Source: Octopus bimaculoides (taxonomy: Eukaryota). From it: a stretch of 64,000 nt of DNA. Positions 38,198 through 52,683 of this stretch are shown one piece after another. The position numbers and the translations under genes were made by a program. The stretch covers positions 68,475,262-68,539,261 of the forward strand of contig NC_068982.1 of the NCBI RefSeq assembly GCF_001194135.2, in the 5' to 3' direction. Below the pieces are notes generated by a model. That model saw only the letters and a list, made by a program, of their open reading frames with translations, made no database searches and was not told where the DNA came from. Each line of letters begins with the position of its first letter. Within the stretch, counting starts at the first letter, position 1.

Positions 38198-39969
38198 ATG
38201 TTAAAAAAAAAGGATACATATGATAGTGTGAAGGCACTGTGAAGGGGGTAAAAAACATGGTATGGCCATAGCTGGGATAACTGTGATCACAGGTCTGCTC
38301 AATCAGAGTTGAGTTGAGGCTAAACAGCAACCTTAATATCTCAGAAAGACATATTGAGAGGTTTGGGATCATCATGCAGTCCAGCCTAGTTTTCAACTTG
38401 ATAGAGCTTTGGCATATCTGTTGCAATAAATCTGTGGATCATACCTAGTACTTTGACCAAGTATAGATGTGCTATAGGTTTGCTTGTGAAGGGCTGATCT
38501 TGGGCTACACAACCATCCCTAACCTCTCCTAAAAGTTACCAGTTTTCATAGAATACAATCATCATTGATTACTAGAGTTAAAATTGAACCTCAACATCCA
38601 TTGTAATATAATAATGCTACTACTATGTTGGATATACTGTTCTGTGATTTACCATTTTGATGATTACAAAATAGACTATTAAGCACACACAAGTTTTGGA
38701 GAATTATTATATAGACTGCAGCAAAAGCAGTTTGAAAATGTGCATGAATCTACATAGTGCCAAGCAAAACTTTGCAAAAAGTAAATAAATAAAAGATACA
38801 ATAACATTTGAAAAGCTTCAGCATTGAAATAAAAAGTAATACGTACTTAAAATATAAAAATATTCAATTATGCATCCGATTATGAGACTACACTGTACTA
38901 CAATAAACTATATCAAATTACACAAAAAAAAAAAAAGCAAACTCATAAGTATTTCTATCCTATCATACCAAGATTCTGTATATTAATATTCCATAAAACT
39001 TCTTATAAGGGCATCAAAAGTGTATCCTTATAACTAACATTCAGTAATCTTCCCTGTCATGTGAATGCATAAGAAATTTCCACAGATCAACAACTCTACA
39101 AGTAACTACTCTCACAGCAGTTTATAGGAAAAAATGAAAATAAAAAGAACATCTATAAAATTATATTTAAAAAAAAAAGAAAGAAATATTAAAATTGCTG
39201 TCCTATAAGGAAAGCAACTCTCTTATCAATAATATCAGTATTGATTTTATTCTAAGAGATCAACTGATGACCTACTAGTGAAGATTATACAAACATTAAT
39301 TCACAACTATGCATCAATACTTCGAAAGTCAAACTAGCATGATTTCTGTAGGATACATAATACAATAAGAACTGCTTCAAAAACTCAATATCTGCAAAGC
39401 CCTTTCTTTAAAATTTCATAAAATTTTAAACCCACATTTTCAATTTATTTTTTTTTTTTTACAATTCCCTTATTGTAATTGGTGACAGTAAAAATTTGTA
39501 TAAAACCCATTTTGGTAGTTCAAGAAACAGTGCTCACTTCTCATGTTACAGTAATACACTATATAAATTCCATACTACTCCAGTCAATTGATACATGTTC
39601 ATAACACAATGCTTTCAGGACAACATTCAATATTATAATGCACATGCAGAAATTTATTTACAAAAATTTGAATAAATTGGCCATTGCAGTTAGAACAGGG
39701 ACATCTCAACAGTCAATCGCAAGACCAGACACTGGAATTATGAACTGGCCTTTAGAATTTTTGAAGTCCTGAAAAAAAGTATTTTACCCTGCCTATAACT
39801 AGTATGAACCTCTGAGGAAAACTGGACAGAAACTGCCTTCATGCAAGCGTTTCAACCCTTAACTCCTTACACTCTCTGAGGATCAGGATGCATCCAGATC
39901 ATGACTCCTAGATACTCCTCTGCTATCACATTCTGTGCTATTGTCTGCACTGCAACCCTTCTGGATGAT

Positions 39970-40254
39970 TTAGGGTGCCCTAGAGCCAAGGTACTTTGGG
40001 TGTGTTGTAACCAGCTCAGTCTGAGACATCAGTTGACTATTTTGAAATTTACTTCTGTTCCTCCTTAACCAAATCCGGTTGGAAGTTTTCTCAACTGATT
40101 CTTGCCTTAAGAGCTCTAGTTCTCTTCCAGCAATTGAGAACAGTTTCATGAGATCATAAGCAGATTTGCCCACAAACCTACCTGCAACCATCTCTATGGT
40201 GAAGACTTTGATTTGAAAAGGTTTGAAAATAATAGACCTTAACATCACTGTCAC
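39970..40254 (-). mobile_element. Hero-like non-LTR retrotransposon C-terminal remnant
   Basis: FQIKVFTIEMVAGRFVGKSAYDLMKLFSI...VEKTSNRIWLRRN resembles the PIEVGCRGF...AEKAS.WIWL.R end of Hero ORFs. Confidence 0.6.
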
Positions 40255-43200
40255 AACTCGATTCCAAAGTTATAAATTATATTCAGTGAGACACTAGTCA
40301 CTTGCATCTTAACCACTTAACAAGAGATGCTACCTTCTATAAATCAACATTCAATCCACTTGTATATATCAGTGGTTGTCAAAGGGATCAAGACCATCTC
40401 CTAAGGGTGAGTTATGTAATAAAGGTGGTGGTAAGCCACTACCTTTATTATATAAGGATAAAAGCTGAGGAGCAAAAGCAAAGTATTTTAGGTCGGTGTT
40501 CCAGAAAAAAAAAAGAAAAAGAAATTTGATTACACTAGTCTATCTATATAGTTTTCTGAGAATATACCCCAATATTGAAAAGTATGTAAATTAAATACAA
40601 GACACACCAAAGCAGTAGCATTGCTACTGAGGTCAACCCAAGGCATGGTTACTGCTTGTAGAGAAACTATTCTTATTGTAAATGTAACTTCATTTTGAAT
40701 ATTCTATGATCTATGCATATTGTTTCCAACATTAATGACAATTGCTTAAGAATGTTTCCAACACTACCAAATAGTCTTCAATCTACATTGTTCCCTTAAC
40801 TCCATTCTATCCTTAGTGTGTTAATATAGAACTTTTTCCTACCAATATTTTTATGTCACCTACAACACACTGCACCTTACACTTGTATTCTTCCTCCATA
40901 CCCAATGACTTAGGAACCCTTTATTCCCTTGTGGTGCATAAATTGGAAATAAAACAATGAAAAATGTTAGCTTTTCATAAACAAGTTAAATAAATAATAC
41001 AAAATAAGGACATAGTCATTGAAAGTTTAAAAAACAATTTCTGAGTTTACATGTTTGAAATGCTTAGCATACCAAACATTCACTTTAGGTTCACCTCTTC
41101 AATATCCAGTGGAATATAAAATTAGTGTAACAAAGCAAGCATATTTAACTGTATCAGTATTGGAATATGATAGATATTTTAATATATATTCTCTTAGAAA
41201 CTTTTAACCAAACAATTTGAAAACTAGAAGTGGTGATTTAAAGAGGATGTTAAATATCAACAGCTTAAACCATCAGTACAGGATAAGGCTATAGGATGGA
41301 TATATATGTGTGTGAGAAAGAGAGAGAGAGAGACATACATACATGCACACATGTACATATACGTACATGTGCACGTGTACTTGTGTAGATAGATATAATT
41401 TTTAATTAGCATACAATTCAAAAATAAAAATGTAATGAGTTGATGAGAAAAAGAAGTGTGTGCATGGTAAAAGATAAGGAAAGACAATACTGCTATATTT
41501 GAAGATGTTATGTCATACGGACAAGTTAACATAAGATTAGGAATGATGGAAAAGAACATAAGATTAGCATGATGGAAAAGAACAAACATATATATTATGT
41601 AGATAACAACAATGACAACTAGTGAGTGTATGATTGAGGTTTCTGTGTAATTACTAATTAGCTTTTAGAGAACTGTTATAGTTGACTGAATGAGCCACAA
41701 TATATTACAGATAATTATATTGCCACAAAAACAATAGTCAATATAATTACTTCCAGCTTCCTTCTGGCATTAATTTGAACTCTGGCAACATTTGAACTCA
41801 GAACATAAAGACGGATAAAATGCTGCTAAGCATTTTGTTGGCATGCTAATGTTTCTGCCAGCTCACCACCTTATTAATAACAATTGCTTCTAATTTTAGG
41901 CACATGGTCAGCAATTGTGAGCAGAGCAGTTAGTCATTACTATCAAACCCCACCCCGTATTGACTTGTATTTTATTATATCAACCCTTTAAAGATGACCG
42001 GCAAAGATGGACCCTAGATAAACCAGGATTAATGAATCGATCAATTGTCTAATATTGGAAATAGAAATATATATAAAAGGTATATGTACTCTCTGCCTCT
42101 CATCCATAAAATTTATATTTGTATACCATTAAACTACCATGCGTGAACAGCAGTGCACTCTAGCCTCTGACATCAAGCTTTTACTTGGTTAAATGTAAAA
42201 ATGTCACAACTATATAAAACATATCAAATACACTAGTAGTAACTACTACTACTGCACATACATCTGTGTACATGAGTATGTATGTATAAATGTGTGTGTG
42301 TATACATTAGTCTGCCAATCCTTTTTTTATCACCAAAAACCAAATAATGCTTTTCCTCTATATGATGGTTAATACTCTAGCAGCTGTTTTTATTGCTCAC
42401 AAATATATCGTGTAAGCTACAAATTATGCTATAAGGATTTACTAAATCAGAAATCGTTAAAATCCTCAAAATATGAAATTCTAGAAAAAGATGGGGAAAA
42501 AAATCTTGTATATATAAGCTACACAATTTCTTGGTGATTTGCTCTGTCAATTATCATTCAGAGATCCTACTTATCATTAGCTTGACGGATAAAAATCATG
42601 ATGAAGAAAAGATAAAAATCAGATCACTTTAAGTTAAACACACCCATTTTATTTTTTGCAGTCAAAAAAAACAAAAACAAATATAATTTGTTTATGATTA
42701 TGATAAAATCTTCAATCATCAACTGTTCACATACTGGTAAAAGAAAATGTATTCATCTCAATAGTTTTTGCTGCAAAAATAACCAGTAGATGAAATTTGC
42801 AAGCAATCAACTATAAGGATATTTATCTTAACCATTAGGATTAACACTTTCATTACCATAATTTTGTTGAAATAAAATATATTTATCATGAAATGTTGAT
42901 GATAAATTTTAATTCAGATTATTTCAAAACAGGGAGATTGTATTGCAGAATCAGGTGTCATGTCAAACAGATTAATATCAGAGGGGTTAAGCATGTCTTT
43001 CCATAAGTACATGGAAAAGACAGCTCTGTATAAAATTAGGCTTCTGTGCAAACTGGCTCTGTATCAGTTCAGTGTGGGGTTTGAGTTTCAGGTGGGGGCT
43101 GTACCACACTGAACACAGCCTAGAGTCAAAACTTACTATTGTGCTATACTTTTAGGAAATTAAAATTTATTCATAGATATAACCATAAAAATTGGCTGTG

Positions 43201-43769
43201 CATAATTTTTTGTATTTCTTAAATACCAACAGATGTAAATCTTAACAGACAGATATTGTTAGTAAAATAATAATTATACAACACCCAAAATAGGGCAAAA
43301 TACCAATAGAAATGTAAATCTTGACAGACAGATATTGTTGGTAAGATAATAAATTAATAATTACACAATACTCAAAACAAGAGTATTTCTGAATCTTAAT
43401 TTCCAACAATAAAGGTAAAGTTTATTTAAATGTGTTTACGGAAAATATACATTGATATGTCAATTAGAAAATTTTATGTTGGAGAAATGTTATGGTAAAA
43501 TGTATATAGATAGATATTTCATGTTTCCATGTCAATAGAATAATTTGAGCTATAGAATGAAATATGCATGAACAAATAAATAGATACTGGTTTAAAAAAT
43601 ATCAAATAACCATATGTGTACTTAAACTGATAGAAATTATTGTCAAGGCTAGATCAAAGCTAACATACAGCTAGTAGAGAGAGAATGAAATCCGATAGCA
43701 AAGTAACAGTTTATACATGGTTGTTGCCAGAATAAAAATCCTAAGTAAATAGACTTGTTTGGTGTCAAG

Positions 43770-43960
43770 CAAATTCTACATCATCATCATTTAACGTCCA
43801 CTTTCCATGCCAGCATGAGTTAGACGCTTTGATTGGAACTGGTAAGCCAGAGAGCTGCATCAGGTTCCGGTTTGATTTGGCATGGTTTCTACAGCTGGAT
43901 GCTCTTCCTGATACCAACCACTCCAAGAGTGTAATGGGTACTTTTACATGTCACTAGCAC
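43770..43960 (-). mobile_element. RTE tail copy
   Basis: catcatcatttaacgtccactttccatgc...ctacagctggatgctcttcc. Confidence 0.8.
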
Positions 43961-45149
43961 AGTGTGACTAAAATGGTTTCAGATTTGATTGGCTAAAATA
44001 ATATTGTAACAACAGTGAATCTAAAATGGTCATGTCATCATTATTCAATACCCATTTTCTATGCGAGTTAAGGATTTGAAAATGGAAACAGATCATCTGG
44101 AAAACTTCAGATATGTTAGAGAGAAATGTCAAATGATCAGATATTCTATGTGAAATGAAAGCACAATACAATTTCTATTATCATAATGTATATTTTAAAT
44201 GATGTATTCTATGAAGTTAAGAAATTATTCTATCATTTGACTTGAAGAAACAAGAGTAAAAGAATCCTAAATAAAAAAAAAAAACAAGTAACATTATCAT
44301 CATCACCATTGTTTTAATATCTATTTTTCCATGCTTGCATGGGTCAGATAAAATTTATTGAGGCAGATTTCCAATGGCTAGATAACATTCCTAGTAGAAA
44401 AAAAGCAAACGTATTGTACTGGAAGATTGACAATATTGTGAAACAAGTTCAAATCTTACTAAAGCCTTACTGTGCTCCTGAGAAGGTACATACTATTCAT
44501 TTCAATTGAGTTCAGCAACTGGCAAAAATGTATTCATTTGTATTTCACAGTGGAGTGGGAGTTTTTTTTTTGTTTTTTTTCATATTTGGGTAACCTTCCT
44601 GTTCAGCTAAATATAAAAGAAAACATCTCCAATAAAAGTCAATCCTCCACATGAGACAATAACTAATGTACCATAAATTCACATTGCAAATACATGGTTT
44701 TATGTCATCTGGGGAGGGGGGCCCTTTAACTCTACCTGACCCATTAACGTCTTCAGTACATTTTATACAGCAAGTACAACTGGTCACCGAGTCGAGAATA
44801 AAGGATTCAAAATGCAGGTGAAGATTGTTTCCATTATTGTTGAAAAGGAGAGAGTTGTAGATTGTTTGCAGTGTAAAAGTTGAAAGTACTGCTCACAGAA
44901 CACTAATCATTGAAGAATGGTGGTTAAGAGGTATATACACTCTTGGCAAGGGATAAAACAGAAAGCTCTGCTGCAATTTAAGAGGTGAGACAGCTTGCAG
45001 GATGTGCAATTAACAAAGGTACCCTTAGTTTTCTGATGGTAGTGTTCCAGTGATGGTTAAAAGCCTCTGAGTTGATAGCAGTAACTTCCAGCGTTCTTTC
45101 CTATACAACCTGATGTGATTTATTTGTTTACTTTTAATACTGCGATATC

Positions 45150-45330
45150 ATTTTGCTTCCATACATTTTTTTCCAAGGGTATGTTTCTAAAGGCCATCCA
45201 GCTGATTGGAAAAGATTCACTGACTAACATTCTAGAACCACTACCTTATAAATGTGCTGCTTCTTATCCCTGTCTTTCCTCCAGCTATTTATTATCGTGG
45301 CCTGTGCTATCTTGATTCTCCTAGTAACTC
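45150..45330 (+). mobile_element. CR1-like LINE 3' coding remnant
   Basis: KAIQLIGKDSLTNILEPL resembles CR1 AIRLIGD.SL...LQPL.HRR. Confidence 0.45.
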
Positions 45331-46537
45331 ACACCATCTAAGCCTACCTATTATTCCTCTTTTCACCTCTGTTGTGTCTCACCCTCCTGATCCTGCACTA
45401 ACCCCCTCACCCAATCCTTTCTTCCCAAAATTCTCACCCCCATCTTCAGTTCAAAATGATCAACCACATCAATCTTATTAGTCTGACAGGGGTCTACAAA
45501 GGTGATGGGTTCTGCCTTTCCCTCTAACTAAATTATGAAAAATTAGAAGTAGAGTCATTTGTTCACAGCTAATAAATTCTCTCAACTCTTACTAAAAATA
45601 TGGTTTCTGCAACATGGCACAAATTCAAGCTGCAGCCTTTCTAAGCTAATCCAGTCCTGAACTAACTTTGCTAAATCTCTTTATGCTACTTTCAAGACAT
45701 GGTTTGAGGCATCTATAATTTCCTCTCTGTTAAACACAATAATCATGAGCATAAAGAATAAAAGTAGTACAAGCAAATAATACAAAAAAAAAATTTAATA
45801 GTATGAGACATGCCAGTTCTCACTGGTAGAGTAATAAAGCAAAACTATTCAGGAATTTCAAGGACCTACAAAATAAAAGAGTGACTGATAATATATATAT
45901 CTCTAACTAGAAAGATTTCTATACTTAAAGCTAGAAATATAAATATACAGAAGGCAAGGTTTGGAAGCATAAAAAATCCTGATGACACAAAAGATTCACA
46001 AAGATTGATAAAAGTTATCTAGATAGATAAATATATGGCTGTGTGGTTTAGAACTTCACTTTGCAACCATGAGGTTTTGGGTTTAATCCCACTACACAGC
46101 ACCCTGGGCCGACCAATGCCTTATGAGTGAATTTGGTAAACACAACCTGTGTGGAAGCTGGTTGCATATACAGGAATCCCTTACTCTACAGAAATAATGC
46201 AAAATAAATTTTCCTATTAATTTTCAAATCATCAATGTGTTCCTGTAAGCATTTAAAAAATAAATTTAAAGCACAAGAAAACAACAGAGAACCAGCAACA
46301 TAATTACCTTTATACATGAAAATAATTATTTCTAAACATACACTGTACAACACAGATACATAAAAACACAAACATTTCAAGTGGAATAAGTTAGGGAATT
46401 AATAAGAATCATAATATCATAAGAGTACATTCTTACCACAAAAGATGTTTACTGTGTGGGGGAAGGTGGTGGAATGAGCATTACTAGGAGGATGAGGGAC
46501 AATATTTACCATCTTATAGTTCATTATCATCAACATC

Positions 46538-46945
46538 AGGCGTAGGAGTGGCTGTGTGGTAAATAGCTTGCTTATCAACCACATGGTCCCGGGTTCAGTC
46601 CCACTGCGTGGCATCTTGGGCAAGTGTCTTCTACTATAGCCTCGGGTTGACCAAAGCCTTGTGAGTGGATTTGGTAGACGGAAACTGAAAGAAGCCTGTC
46701 GTATATATGTACATATATATGTATGTGTGTGTATATGTTTGTGTGTCTGTGTTTGTCCCCCCAACATCACTTGACAACTGATGCTGGTGTGTTTACGTCT
46801 CCGTAACTTAGCAGTTCGGCAAAAGAGACCGATAGAATAAGTACTAGGCTTCTAAAGAATAAGTCCTGGGGTCGATTTGCTCGACTAAAGGCGGTTCTCC
46901 AGCATGGCCACAGTCAAAAGACTGAAACAAGTAAAAGAGTAAAAA
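46538..46945 (+). mobile_element. Near full-length tRNA-derived SINE with internal TA/TG microsatellite
   Basis: A-box tggctgtgtggt, B-box gggttcagtccc, CpG-retaining body, (AAGAGTA)-type tail. Confidence 0.88.
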
Positions 46946-47049
46946 AAGAGTATCAGTTTGATGGGTAAAGAACTTATCTAAAGTTGTTTGTTGCTTATGA
47001 CATCATCTCTGTACAGCTCAGTATAGGAACTGAGCTCACTGTAAACTCA

Positions 47050-48600
47050 TCCAGTAATTTTTATATTACAATCACAATTAGGATCATTATCGGTAAACAT
47101 CTGCAGACTGTCTATAAGCACCAACCCTTTAGTAATAATTTAAGTGAAGTAGGTGGAATTTCCATTGTCTCATTTGTATTCTCAGCTTGTTCTTTTCTTC
47201 ACAGTATCAGCTCCTTGTTAGCTAAACTTTCTCCCTAGGATACTAGTAACTCAGTCACATCACAACTTCTTCAAATCCTACATCCTTTACAAGTGTCACA
47301 ATATCTTTCCAAAATTTCATGTAGACTTTCTGCTTGGGGAAAACTTTATTATGTTACCGATAGTCTGGCCATAAACTTTTCCAAGCACTATTCAAAGTTG
47401 AAGGCTTCACTTCATCACATGACTCAGCTATATTAGCCATAACATCCATTAGGTTGAATTTCTTCCAGAAATCTCTAACTGTAGGTTTATCCTTCCTGTC
47501 AAATGTTTTCATAAGTTGTTTGAAAGTTCTCATATAACATACCTTGATCCATGGGATGGAGCACAAAAGTATTCATCATCATCATCTTGGAGATATATTC
47601 TACTTTACATCATCAGGTCATTTAAGTTCGCTGAGTAGCTTAGTGCATTATCTAAAAGAAACATTGTTTTGTTGGAAATATTATGTCTAGCACTGTACCT
47701 TTGTATGACAGGAGAAAAAAACGTTTGTAAACCACTCTTTGGAAAGGTCCTTAGTTATCCGTGCCTTATTATTTGAATACCAAATCAGAGGTAGATGGAG
47801 CTTTGTGTAATCCTTGAAGACCCTTCAATTTTCAGAGTGATACATATGTAGTGAATTTAATTTTATATCACCAGCAGCATCTCCTCCCAAAAGAAGTGTC
47901 AGACAATTTTTGAAAGCTTTAAATCCTGGTATTGATTTTTCTTCTCAAGAAATAAAAATTCTAGCAGGTATGTGCTTCTAGAGAAGTGCAGTCTCATCAA
48001 CATTATATACCTATGTATAGCCCCCTTCAGCAATCATTTTCTTCAACTTCCCAGGATAATTAGAAGCAGCTTCTGTATCAACATTTTTACATTGTGCAAA
48101 TTCATACACTTCTTAAACCTTTCAAACCAACCTTTACTATCCAAAAAGAGGTTGTCATTAGAAGTTCCACCCCGCTCTCCACACACTTTCCTTTTTCTGC
48201 AAATCATCACAAACATTTGGCTCCTTTTTGAATAACCATCATGTTTATTGGCACATTACACTGATTCTGATCGTTAATCCATAAGAGTCTTTCCATTTTA
48301 AGTGTTACATTAGATCTATAGAAAAATAAAGTTTGGACAATTAACAGGGTAGCTTCTTGGACACTTGATATAATTTTCTCTTTGTTGTCACATATTTTGC
48401 CCACTGTAGACATTGCAAGATTTAATGTTTTGGCAATATAACTTAGTTTTACTTCTTCATCAAGAAAACATCAAGAAAATATCCAGTGTAATACCTTTAT
48501 GGTTCCTTTTTGCACAACCGGAGCTTCTTTCTAAACATCTTAAATTGAAAGAAAATCCAACAGTAGTGGCAATAATTTATCCACAACAAATATTCAGTAA
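47050..48600 (-). mobile_element. Tigger/pogo-family transposase remnant (CENP-B HTH + DDE_1)
   Basis: IAKTLNLAMSTVGKICDNKEKI (HTH) and TVRDFWKKFNLMDVMANIAESCDEVKPSTLNSAWKSLWP; many stops and frameshifts; TIRs not identified. Confidence 0.8.
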
Positions 48601-49174
48601 AAAAAAAATTGGCTCAGGAAAAATCTGAGAGCAGAAAACTGCCTTATTGATGCCATAATGAAAATGAGATGGAAAGATGAAGGACTGAGGAAGAGAAAGG
48701 ACTATTGATGATAGTTAGCTGAAGGGTCACCAGATTTTATAGGCAATTCACCTCTTGCACTTATGACTTGAGACATAAGTACTCACGAAAGCATACATAC
48801 AAACACTCATACACACACATGTTGGTGTATATATGATGATATCTTTTGTAGCCAGTTGAATTCAAAAGTAGGTGGGTTGATAGGGGTGACAATGTGAGTT
48901 GCATTGATTTAGATGTTAGTGATGGTGGGCAGGTATTGTTCATGGTATGGTGGTCATAGTCATATTGTTCTTGCTTACTATATTCTTGTGGGTGTTTAAT
49001 CTCAAGTCAATCCTCACAGACCTAAGATCAAAGACATTCCATTCAACTTTTAAAATACAATAGTATACCACATTCTGTTTTTCTTTGAAATGGATTTGCT
49101 TACCTACTTCATACTATTACTGTTGATGGTTGTTTCGTATTGATGATAGAAACACACATACATACATACATAAA

Positions 49175-50768
49175 CAGGGATGCTGTCAGTAAGGTGAGGG
49201 TTGGCAACAAGTATAGTGAAGAATTCCAGGTAGAAGTTGAGTTTCACTAAGGATCAGTCCTCAGCCCCCTCTTATTCATCATAGTCCTCCAGGCAATCAA
49301 TAACAGTGGAATTCAAGCCAAGCTACCCCTGGGAGCTCCTCTATGATGATGACCTTGCTCTAATAGCTGAGTCACTACCAGAACTAGAGATGAAGTTTCA
49401 AATGTGGAAGCAAGATCTAGAATCAAAGGACCTTAGAATCAATCCAGCAAAGCCAAAGTCATAGTAAGTAGGAAGGCAAACAAATCACAAACCACTTCAT
49501 GTAGATGGCCCTGCTCGATCTGTAGAAAAGGTGTAGAAAGAAACTCCATAAGATGTACCCAGTGTAAACTATGGCTACATAAGAGGTGCAGCAATATCAA
49601 AGAAAGGTTAACCGGGAAGATAGTTTTTGTGTGTAGCAGATGTACAGGGGCAATAAACACTGAAGATGTACAGAAAACAGATTCCATCATATGCCTGAGG
49701 AAGAAACTAAAAGAGGTTGATAGTTTCCGCTACCCAGGTGAACAAGTCTGTAGTGGGGGTGGTTGCTCTGAGAGTGTTGCCATTAGAATAAGAACAGCCT
49801 GGGCAAAGTTCAGAAAGCTCCTACCTCTGCTGGTAACAAAGGGCCTCTCACTCAGAGTGAAAGGTAGACTGTATGATGCATATGTGCGAACAGTCATGTA
49901 ACAGGGCAGTGAAACATGGGCCATGACTGTTGAGGACATCCATAGGCTTGAAAGAAATGAAGCTGGTATGATCCGCTGGATGTATAAGGTCAGTGTGTAT
50001 ACACAACAGAGTCTAAGTGCCCTGAGAGAAATATTGGGCATAAGAAGCATCAGATGTGGTGTACAAGAGAGACAACTGCGCTGATAAGGTTATGTGCTGT
50101 GTATGGATGAGGAGAGCTGTGTGAAGAAGTGTCACACTCTAACAGTGGAAGGAACCTGTGGAAGAAGGAAACCCAGGAAGACATGGGATGAGGTAGTGAA
50201 GCATGACCTTCGAACGTTGGGCCTCACAGAGGCAATGACGAGAAGACCTGGCAAGTAAAGTGAGATCACAGTTGTGGCTGACACCAGTGTCACATAACCA
50301 GCCCATTTAAAAGTACCCTTGAATCGTCAGGCGATACACTGCTTGAGAAGACCTGCCGAGTCAAGTGAAATCAAACTGTGGCCAATGACCTGGTAAGTAA
50401 AGTAGCCGATACCAGTGTTGCATGACCAGCCCATTTAAAAGTACCCTTGAATCAGCGGGCGATACGCTGCACTTGAGAAAACCTATTGAGTCAATCAAAA
50501 TCAAAATGGAAATCATAGTTGTAGCCAATGCCAGTGCTGCCTGACTGGCACTCATGCTGGTAGCACGTAATAAGCACCATTCAAGTGCGAGTCGATGTCA
50601 GTGCTGCCTGACATGCCAGTGGCATGTAAAAAGCACCATCCAAATGTGGTCAATGCCAGTGCCTCCCAATTGGCTCCTGTGCTGGTGGCACATAAAAAGC
50701 ACCCACTACACTCTCGGAGTGGTTGGCATTAGGAAGAGCATCCAGCTTTAGAAACCTTGCCAAATCAG
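49175..50768 (+). mobile_element. RTE-clade LINE, 3' 1.6 kb: RT motifs, PHD finger, post-RT region, hairpin-repeat UTR
   Basis: GSVLSPLLFIIV, PWELLYDDDLALIAES (YADD-equivalent), WPCSICRK...CTQC...HKRC...CSRC, EVDSFRYPG, RIRTAWAKFRKLLPLL. Confidence 0.93.
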
Positions 50769-52249
50769 AGTAAGGACCCATAAGCATTTTCACAGTCCAG
50801 CCACAACACTACCAAGTCACCCATGTTCTTCTAGGCTTCTCTGATCAATTACTTAACCATATCTATATACTCTAGGTACACTAATACATTTTGGATCCTT
50901 CCTTCTTGAATGGCGGTATCAATATTGGAGTTCATCAGTAGGTAGTCTGTTAGGTATCTAGCAACAATGCTTAGGAAAAGCATGAACAAATTCCTACTTA
51001 GCTACCTCTACAAATCTGGTGACTTTTGTTTCTGTTGGAAGTCATTTTTTTTTATCATCCAGCATAGTAGACAATTTTGATCATAGTGAATGATATATTC
51101 ATTGGAACAGAGCTTTTATACTGAAGGTGTTTCACAGCAACACTCCATTTCTGTAAAAAAATATTTAATAGATGATGAATTTTGGGGAATAAATTCTTTA
51201 TTTTATCTTACTATAAAAACTGTTTGAAACAGTTAAAAGTTTTAGAATAACTATTGGGCAATTTGGCTATTTTGTGCATAATATTTTCAACAATATTATG
51301 GCAATAAAATTATAATAGCCATTTGATACTTGCATATTATTTACTTTTGTTTTATTGTACAATTGTAGCATATGTAGTTTCAACATCTTTTTCTCTATTT
51401 TAAGTTTTTGACACATTATAGCATAAAGTATAAAGTAAAAAATGGATATAATCGTTTTGGGCAGCGTTTTAAATGGCTATCATGACTCTTCCAGTATGTA
51501 ATTGTTTGTTTCAGCACACCATCTCAGATCAAGTTACTTACCAAACATGTACAACTCCAAAATATTATTTATTAGCAAACCACAGCACTTGCATAAGTAG
51601 CATCTAGCTTGTCATAATTTTAAATAAATTCTTATACTAGTAGCAGTTTTGATTTACCAGATATTGAAACTATATGAATAATTTCCACTAAAATAGTAAC
51701 TATGTAGTCAATACTGAATCAGTAGCAGATGAAATGGGTCATAGCAAAATTAGTTAATAAGTAAAAATAAAGGTCGGTCAAAAAAGAAATTTGAAAGAAT
51801 AAAGTCTCTTATACTTGGTTAACTTAATGCTAGCTGTATGTTGAACAAATTTTCGTCCACCTTCTCTCTCTCTATTCACTCAATCTCTCAGCTCTCTGTT
51901 AAACAGAATGCAGAAATCTTCTTGAAATGCATTTTACCGAAGGAATCATTTTTTCTTTGTATTTTTCTATCAGTTATTAATATTTCAATAAAAAGTAATG
52001 AGTTTTATTAATTTGACTTTTTTGTCTCTTGAGGAAAAAAAAAAAAAAAAAGAGTGAATATTTTTCCCTGACTTCAGAGTCAGAATTAACAAAAAATATG
52101 AAACTTTAACAAAGAATATAGTGAAGCCAAGAAACAATGAGAAAGAAGCTGCTTAACTTTTTTTGAGAAAGAAAAATATAATATGCAAGCATGATTAATA
52201 ACCAGTATGTTTTCAGTCGGAGTAGGATGAACACCTTTTATGATCTTTG

Positions 52250-52560
52250 GCTCTCAACAGACTAAGGAGATCAACAATAAACTTGATGTTCTTCTGCGAC
52301 GTCTATAAGTGGGCTAGGAATAAATTTCATGCAACTGGAATTCTGATTAAAAAAAGGATTGGGAGAAGTGTTCATGTGAAATTTGGGATGAGATACAGAT
52401 AAGAAGACTGATTTTGGGTGGAAGCAATAAGGAGCTATCTCATTCAAAAGAGCAAAATGTATTACTGTAGTAGCAGAAGTATGTCTGTGAGCCAATAATG
52501 TAGCCAAGTGAGTGAATCTATGCTAATCAGCCGGGATGTAGTTAAGGACGTTTCTCAGTG
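52250..52560 (-). mobile_element. CR1-like LINE 3' remnant
   Basis: LAHRHTSA resembles CR1 L.HRR.VAS; degenerate. Confidence 0.4.
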
Positions 52561-52683
52561 TAACTGAGTACCATCCCAAATGAGTAAGTATTACTCAAAT
52601 ATAGTTCTCACTTGAGCTTTGTGAAAGGTCAGCAATTGATCAGGGCTAAAAAGAGAAGCATGCAAATTTGGCCAAGTAATATA

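Noticed and set aside
44545-44787. EDVNGSGRVKG as a possible EF-hand loop of the missing REPS exon 1
   Set aside because: No ATG, the following residues (PPSPDDIKPC) do not fit the EH helices, and there is no phase-0 donor at the required distance.
50270-50700. CRISPR-like repeat-spacer appearance
   Set aside because: The units are irregular LINE 3' UTR modules in eukaryotic DNA, with no constant repeat, unique spacers or cas genes.
51151-51541. Minus-strand GTAAGT...tttacAG pair suggesting a 391-nt intron between UTR exons
   Set aside because: Such pairs are expected by chance in AT-rich DNA; the downstream ATG gives only a 10-codon ORF. Needs RNA evidence.
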